Shown here: piece after piece, positions 18,793 to 24,000 of the stretch
Layout of the letters: every line of letters starts with the position of its first letter
How positions within the stretch are numbered: position 1 is the first letter of the stretch
Assembly (NCBI GenBank): GCA_000447295.1
Contig: ALVX01000004.1
Direction: 5' to 3' (one strand)
From: Fischerella sp. PCC 9431
GTDB lineage: Bacteria; Cyanobacteriota; Cyanobacteriia; Cyanobacteriales; Nostocaceae
DNA length: 24,000 bases
The notes under the pieces: model-generated
Database searches by the model: none
The model's input: the letters and a program-made list of their open reading frames with translations, nothing else
Told to the model about the DNA's origin: nothing
Program-made: the position numbers and the translations under genes

Positions 18793-20723
18793 TGGTATTT
18801 GATAGACCTCAACCTAATCAACCGAAAAAACCTCAACCACCTGCAACTACTAAATCAGATATGAATAAACCTAAAAAAGTAATTACTGTTGGTGTTGGTA
18901 GTAATTCTGGTGGTCATGGTGGCAGTAATCAGCCTTCTCTACCTTCTCCTTGGTTAAATCCAAAAAATCCACCTCAACCAGATCCCACAGCTAGCTTTGT
19001 AGAATATCTGCGTTGGATGCGATCGCTTGATAGCGAGTACAAAGATGCAACGAAAGTACAGTTACTCCAGATAGCTGAGGAAAAAGCAAATTACCGCGAT
19101 CGCCTCACTCAGCTAATGAAACGCACTCAGCTAATTGCCAGTGATACATTTCAAGTCAAGTGTCCTTGGCGAATTCGGGTAGGTGGGCATCGAGGCCCAG
19201 AAAGTATTCTCCTACCAGCCTTTGATGCTTTGGGAATGCCTTATATACCTTCTAGTACTCTGCGCGGTGTTGCTAGAACTCAGGCCATTAGAGAAATTAT
19301 GCTGCAAAAATCCCTGGAGTGGAAAGCAGCAGAGAAAGAAGTTGCGCCTTGGTTTGGTGCTTTAGAAGCCAAAAATGAGTGCGATCGTACAGGTAAAGTT
19401 ATTTTTTTAGATGCTTACCCTTTACCCGGACAAAAGATATTAACGGTAGACATAGCAAATAATATTTGGCAGTGGAAAGATGACTCACTAGAATATAGTC
19501 CTAACCCTAATGTATTCTTTTCTCTCCAAGAAGCAACTTTTTTAATTGGTTTACGCCTAGCTAGTGGTTGTCAAGATGACACAATTTTAGCCCAGGTGAA
19601 ACAGTGGTTAATTGCAGGCTTACAAGCTGGTGTGGGTTCTCAAATTAACAGTGGTTATGGTCAATTAAATCCTGCAGGTAAAGTTAATTCTCAAAGTGAA
19701 TTTTTCCGAGTTGAATTTATATTAGAAGGTCAATTAATTCACGGTAAGCAACAATTTAAAAATATTAATCAACCTTATAAACCAGATAAAAAAGGGAATT
19801 TAAGAGCCGATACAATCAATTATGCAGAAGTCCGTCCCGTTGCTTTTAAATCTATGCTACGTTATTGGTTTAGAGCTTTTGCATTAGGAATTTTAGAACC
19901 AATACAAGTTAAAACATGGGAAAATAAGATATTTGGTGGAATCAACCCAAGTAGAGAATATGGTTGGTTAATGGTCAGAGTTTTAGAAGGCATAATTATT
20001 CAACAAGAACCTCAAAATGAACGTGATAAATGTGGCGAGCAACAAGGAATTTTAACATTAAATCACTCACCAGCAATTCCCAAAGATAAACTAGATAATT
20101 TCCAGAAATTAACTCAAAATCTTACTTGGTTAATGTTTCACTTAGGTGGTATTGGTCAAGGTGCAAGAAGACCTTGTTATTCTCGCCAAAACCGTCCTTA
20201 TATGCGTGGTTCGACCTTAATTCCTGAAAGTGAAGATTCATTTTGGAAATTACCCAAAACTCCTAAAGAATTTCAGCAATTATTTATAAAAAGATTAGAA
20301 AGTTTTTATCAAGCACTACAAGCTTTAGGCGCAAATTTTAATCCCCGTCAACTTAGAAACTGTGGCACAGTCAACTCATTTACTTGGCTGGAAGCTTTAG
20401 ATCTTAATGCCCAAATTATAGTTGTCAGTAATGAAGACAATGACAATAAAGGATATGCATTAAGCATTTTACATCAAAAATTTCATGACTTAGAAAAACA
20501 AAATTATACTGATGCAAAAAATTTGTGTGGTGGTGTGAATAAAGATTATCCAAATGGCAAAAAACGTGAGGTTATTCCTTCACCAGTCTGGATTGCCGAT
20601 TTAGGTGATTACCAAGTAGTGACAGTTTTTAGTGCTAGTAGCGATCCGCGCAAAGAGTATTTAACTAAATTACGCGATCGCAGTTCTCATCAAAGCTACT
20701 TTCAAATTTATCCTTTAACTTAA
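18792..20723 (+). CDS. Cmr6-Cmr1 fusion RAMP protein with a Pro/Gly-rich N-terminal extension
   Basis: The first half has Cmr6-like motifs (WRIRVGGHRGPES...LGMPYIPSSTLRGVAR and GVGSQINSGYGQL). The second half has Cmr1-like motifs (EVRPVAFKSMLRYWFRAF and HLGGIGQGARRP). The first 60-70 aa or so are PQPNQPKKPQPP...GSNSGGHGGSNQPSLPSP low complexity. Confidence 0.7.
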   Translation: MVFDRPQPNQPKKPQPPATTKSDMNKPKKVITVGVGSNSGGHGGSNQPSLPSPWLNPKNPPQPDPTASFVEYLRWMRSLDSEYKDATKVQLLQIAEEKANYRDRLTQLMKRTQLIASDTFQVKCPWRIRVGGHRGPESILLPAFDALGMPYIPSSTLRGVARTQAIREIMLQKSLEWKAAEKEVAPWFGALEAKNECDRTGKVIFLDAYPLPGQKILTVDIANNIWQWKDDSLEYSPNPNVFFSLQEATFLIGLRLASGCQDDTILAQVKQWLIAGLQAGVGSQINSGYGQLNPAGKVNSQSEFFRVEFILEGQLIHGKQQFKNINQPYKPDKKGNLRADTINYAEVRPVAFKSMLRYWFRAFALGILEPIQVKTWENKIFGGINPSREYGWLMVRVLEGIIIQQEPQNERDKCGEQQGILTLNHSPAIPKDKLDNFQKLTQNLTWLMFHLGGIGQGARRPCYSRQNRPYMRGSTLIPESEDSFWKLPKTPKEFQQLFIKRLESFYQALQALGANFNPRQLRNCGTVNSFTWLEALDLNAQIIVVSNEDNDNKGYALSILHQKFHDLEKQNYTDAKNLCGGVNKDYPNGKKREVIPSPVWIADLGDYQVVTVFSASSDPRKEYLTKLRDRSSHQSYFQIYPLT

Positions 20724-20730
20724 TTTCTAT

Positions 20731-22194
20731 ATGAAAGCTGCTCTAATTGCAACAATTGGTACTAGAGATTTAATGTTCCAAATTTCCTCTGGTACTTGGT
20801 ATAACATTGGCGATGATCGAATGCAAAATGGAGAGATTATTGGTGAACAAGCAGAGGTAATTTCTGACTTAGGGCTGTATAATATCAATTTTCGAGATTT
20901 AACTAAGTATTTAGTAGATAAAATTACAATTTATCAAGACCAAATTAAGCCAGTGATTATTGGTAAGCTACTCAGCGAGAAAGGCACAGATATTGAAAAA
21001 GTCTATTTAATTGCGACTGATCAAAAATTAGAAGTGCGAGAACGAGAGAAGGACACATTATATACAGCAGAGTTGATCAAATTATGGATTGTGAATCAAT
21101 TTGCTCATATTAGTGTTGAAATTATATCCTTGGGCCAGGATGGGACTAATCCTTCTAATTTTGAGCAGATGTTCTATTGGTGGCGACGAACTTGGAGAGA
21201 GAAAATTACCACTAAAGCAGAACAACCTATCTGGCTTTGTCTCAAAGGAGGAGTAGGCCAAGCTTCAGAAGCATCAAGGATTTCTGGCTTAAGCTTTTAT
21301 GGCGATCGCATTCAATTTTTTGAGTTTAAGCAAAATACTAAAGCAAATCAAGCGGGCATTCCCTCAGATTATAGTGGCCCCTTTTTGGGCAACAATTATC
21401 TTTGGGATAGAACTCAACAGCAAGCTTTGAAGCTGTTAGCCAGATATGACTATGCTGAAGTTTACGAGCTATTACAACCTTATTTTCGGCAGTCATCTTC
21501 AAGTTTTGGCGCTGTACCAAATTTATTGAAGGCAGGAATATTTTGGAACCAAAGGCAGTTTGGAAAGTTTTTGTCATTAGCTAGAAGTTCTATGGCAATA
21601 CCAGCAATTCACGAGAAATTTTGGATTGCTTACGAACAAGCTTATTTGGGTGTAGTTCGTTTGCAACAGCAAAACACTACAGAGGCAATGCTACATAGTC
21701 ATCGGGCTATTGAGGGTGTTTTATATTTGTGGACGGGCCAATCTTTTCCTCATGACTTGATAGAGGAGCCTAATCAATACCCATTGATAAAAGATTCAAT
21801 TTTAGAGAAATATCCTGCTTTAAGTACTCATTTTAATCAATCAGAAAAGCAAATATCAGAGATTTCTCTATATGGTAGAGTTCTCCGGGATCTAGTAGTC
21901 GCTGCTATCCCAGGGATCATAAATAGTAGTGATTTTTACGCATTTTGGCATCCAGCACGAGAGATGCGAAATAATCTTTCTCATCGCTTAGAAGGTTTAT
22001 CAGAAAGAGAACTATTCATTGCTTGGGGTGAAGATGTGACCAACTCAGAGCAATGGCAGACACGAGTATTAAATTGCTTGAATTTAGTTACAGGGCAGAC
22101 TTTTAGAACTTTAGCTCAAGCCAGCATTTTTAATAAACTACATAACCAAGTTTTACAAGCAATTACTAAACATGAAATCAAAGGGTTTGAATAG
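20731..22194 (+). CDS. Csx1/Csm6-like ancillary effector: N-terminal CARF-like Rossmann domain plus C-terminal HEPN (RxxxxH)
   Basis: The N-terminus shows a beta-strand/Gly pattern (AALIATIGTRD, VYLIATDQ, IWLCLKGGVGQAS). The C-terminal EMRNNLSHRLEG fits the HEPN R-x4-H motif. It is the last gene of the cmr operon. Confidence 0.6.
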   Translation: MKAALIATIGTRDLMFQISSGTWYNIGDDRMQNGEIIGEQAEVISDLGLYNINFRDLTKYLVDKITIYQDQIKPVIIGKLLSEKGTDIEKVYLIATDQKLEVREREKDTLYTAELIKLWIVNQFAHISVEIISLGQDGTNPSNFEQMFYWWRRTWREKITTKAEQPIWLCLKGGVGQASEASRISGLSFYGDRIQFFEFKQNTKANQAGIPSDYSGPFLGNNYLWDRTQQQALKLLARYDYAEVYELLQPYFRQSSSSFGAVPNLLKAGIFWNQRQFGKFLSLARSSMAIPAIHEKFWIAYEQAYLGVVRLQQQNTTEAMLHSHRAIEGVLYLWTGQSFPHDLIEEPNQYPLIKDSILEKYPALSTHFNQSEKQISEISLYGRVLRDLVVAAIPGIINSSDFYAFWHPAREMRNNLSHRLEGLSERELFIAWGEDVTNSEQWQTRVLNCLNLVTGQTFRTLAQASIFNKLHNQVLQAITKHEIKGFE

Positions 22195-22287
22195 TATATA
22201 TCTGCATACAATAGTTCTTCTAAACCCCTGAATAAATTTTAAGCTTGAATTTTTGTCCAGTATAGCCCTATCTGGCCTTTCCAAGCA

Positions 22288-22326
22288 ATAAAATGCCCAG
22301 GCGTCGGCTAGGCATTTTATTTTTTT
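22288..22326 (+). terminator. Rho-independent terminator (potentially bidirectional) ending the cmr/csx operon
   Basis: ATAAAATGCC-CAGGCGTCGGCTA-GGCATTTTAT followed by TTTTTT. The stem is 10 bp (8-bp core plus 2 flanking A-T pairs), with an A-tract upstream and a T-tract downstream. Confidence 0.65.
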
Positions 22327-22539
22327 GAGATACCTCTACAGTTGATTGCCAGGGATATTTAGCCTGACGGCTGCAAGGAATCGAAATCTGAATCAAGATT
22401 CCCTATGGCAGACGTTATCTTCAAAAAAGAAAACTAAGCCATAGATAATTCGACCATCATTCACCATGCTCCTCAAAAAAACTGTCAAACAACTAAACTA
22501 ATTGAAACCCTAGAAATACTGCCCTCCCACTGGCTGATA

Positions 22540-23421
22540 GTGCCAACTCAAGGAAAAAGACCACTCGGATACCAATGGCAGCAGTATCCTTTTACACCCC
22601 AATCCTTACAGGAACAACTTGCCCACACAGGAAAAGTTAAGGTACGTGTAAATGCGGAGCAGCTTGTTGCAAGACATCGCGCCTGTTCTGTATACGAAGC
22701 ACAGCCTACAGGCATTGGTCTGCTGTGCGGTCAAAATTCTCAAGAATTTCTGGTATCTGTAGACTGCGATGGCCTAAGTGCCTACGACAAAATTAGAGCG
22801 ATCGCTTCTGAACCTCTGCCTCCCACAGTAGCATTCACCTCCGGACGACCTGGCAGGGCGCAATACCTATTCAAAATCCCAGAGCAACCCCAACACCAAC
22901 TGCTCAAATTCAAATCTAGAAAAATTGCCACCGCTCCTGGTGAAGCACTAGAACTTAGAGGTTCCAACCTACAGTCAGTGCTACCACCATCAATCCACCC
23001 ACTCACCGGATATTATCGCTGGTTGCCCGGTTGTCGCCCAGACCAAGTTGAGGTAGCAGCTGCACCATTATGGGTGGTGCAGAAAATGGCAGACTTACCA
23101 AAATCAAAAACTAAAACTATTGTTGTCCCTCATTGCAAACAGAGGCACAAACTTTTGGAAAATGCACCATTGAGTGCAGATATCCACAAATCACTGCTGC
23201 TATTAGAGATAATTCATCCCAGATTTGCGGATGACTATGACTCGTGGATTCATGTTGGAATGGCTCTTAAATCTGTTAGTCCTAGCTTGCTCCCTGCTTG
23301 GGACAACTGGAGTCAATTATCTCCCAAATACAAGATAGGAGAATGTCAATATAAATGGGATTCCTTTAATAAATGGGGCATAACAGTGCGAACTCTTTAT
23401 CGATTAGCAAATCTTTCTTAA
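22540..23421 (+). CDS. Bifunctional primase-polymerase (PrimPol) N-terminal domain plus PriCT-2 domain protein; no helicase domain
   Basis: DxD motif (VSVDCDG). SGRPGRAQYLF and LELRGSNLQSVLPPSIHPLTGYYRW are PrimPol-like. The C-terminal YDSWIHVGMALKS...CQYKWDSF is PriCT-2-like. GTG start. Confidence 0.75.
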   Translation: MPTQGKRPLGYQWQQYPFTPQSLQEQLAHTGKVKVRVNAEQLVARHRACSVYEAQPTGIGLLCGQNSQEFLVSVDCDGLSAYDKIRAIASEPLPPTVAFTSGRPGRAQYLFKIPEQPQHQLLKFKSRKIATAPGEALELRGSNLQSVLPPSIHPLTGYYRWLPGCRPDQVEVAAAPLWVVQKMADLPKSKTKTIVVPHCKQRHKLLENAPLSADIHKSLLLLEIIHPRFADDYDSWIHVGMALKSVSPSLLPAWDNWSQLSPKYKIGECQYKWDSFNKWGITVRTLYRLANLS

Positions 23422-23434
23422 ATTGTAATCACTC

Positions 23435-23749
23435 ATGACTGATGCTGCTCACTATCAACCTGTAGATAATCTCTCTAAAGCCTTGAGATTAATGAGGGTA
23501 TTTCACGATTTAACGCAAAAAGAATTAGCAGAAAAAATAGGAATATCCAAATCCTATATTTCAGAAATTGAATCTAGAAAGAAAAAGCCTAACATTTACT
23601 TACTGAATTGTTATTCAGAGGTTTTTAATGTGCCGATGTCCTCAATTGTGTTCTTTGCAGAACAGCTTGACAGTGATGTTGCTCTTGAAAAGACAACAGT
23701 ATTTGTAAATAAAAAAATTATAGCTATGCTCAACTTCGTAAAAACTTAA
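23435..23749 (+). CDS. XRE-family helix-turn-helix transcriptional regulator
   Basis: LTQKELAEKIGISKSYISEIESRKKKP is a classic HTH_3/XRE signature. Confidence 0.8.
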   Translation: MTDAAHYQPVDNLSKALRLMRVFHDLTQKELAEKIGISKSYISEIESRKKKPNIYLLNCYSEVFNVPMSSIVFFAEQLDSDVALEKTTVFVNKKIIAMLNFVKT

Positions 23750-23851
23750 GGCTTGTCTTCCAACAAATAATATTGCATGAAAACCGTAATTTGTAACCTT
23801 CGACATCGCTGACGCGTTTTTCCTTTGAACTCATCCAAAGGAGAAACATAC

Positions 23852-24000
23852 AATGCTTAAACTCAACTACGAAATGCTGGAACTATTGGAGAAAGATACC
23901 AAAAAGTTTCAGCAGTATTTTATTGAACAAAGATTTCCACCTCATTATTCTAAGAGTATTGCTCAACAAAATCTTGGAGAACAATTCCATCTTCTAATGC
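23852..24000 (+). CDS. Hypothetical protein, 3'-truncated by the window edge
   Basis: The ATG at 23852 is preceded by AAGGAG, and the frame is open to the window end (MLKLNYEMLELLEKDTKKFQQYF...). It is too short to be in the supplied ORF track. Confidence 0.35.

Noticed and set aside
18792-20723. The possibility that the 643-aa protein hides a Cas6 domain
   Set aside because: Both halves carry motifs of Cmr6 and Cmr1 RAMPs. I saw no Cas6-like C-terminal G-rich loop context or catalytic His pattern. Only profile searches can exclude it formally.
23820-23841. Hairpin TCCTTTG-aactcatc-CAAAGGA overlapping the Shine-Dalgarno of the last partial ORF (possible translational control)
   Set aside because: The stem is only 7 bp and the downstream ORF itself is low confidence and truncated. 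The evidence is not enough.

Overview
The window looks like a mosaic accessory region, probably a plasmid or integrated conjugative element, from a cyanobacterium. There are 15 copies of the HIP1 octamer GCGATCGC, the sequence is AT-rich, and gene content looks Nostocales-like. Almost everything is on the + strand. From left to right: (1) A conjugation-type block: a 5'-truncated ORF, a VirD4/TraG-like type IV coupling protein, and two ORFans. (2) A compact IscB (OMEGA) element: an intact PLMP-RuvC-bridge helix-HNH-RuvC nuclease gene bracketed by two copies of a 31-nt hairpin-forming sequence, with about 250 nt of structured non-coding DNA upstream as the candidate omega-RNA. (3) A small zinc-ribbon ORF and a small HNH nuclease. 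(4) A divergent WYL-domain regulator. (5) A type III-B (Cmr) CRISPR-Cas locus. Its cas1 is split by an intact IS630-family element with a TA target duplication. It also carries cas2, a 13-repeat/12-spacer array (36-nt repeat CTCCCCACTCGCTGGGGAAACTAATTGAATGGAAAC), cas10/cmr2, cmr3, cmr4, a cmr5-like gene, a cmr6-cmr1 fusion and a CARF-like/HEPN effector. No cas6 is present. (6) A PrimPol/PriCT-2 replication protein, an XRE regulator and a truncated ORF. The most unusual points: the IscB element with its putative guide RNA; the cas6-less Cmr module, whose Cmr4 appears by manual alignment to lack the canonical catalytic Asp; the Cmr6-Cmr1 fusion with a Pro/Gly-rich N-terminal extension; and the IS-inactivated adaptation module. 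I found no clearly new multi-gene system beyond these. All family assignments rest on motifs read by eye and need HMM or structure confirmation.
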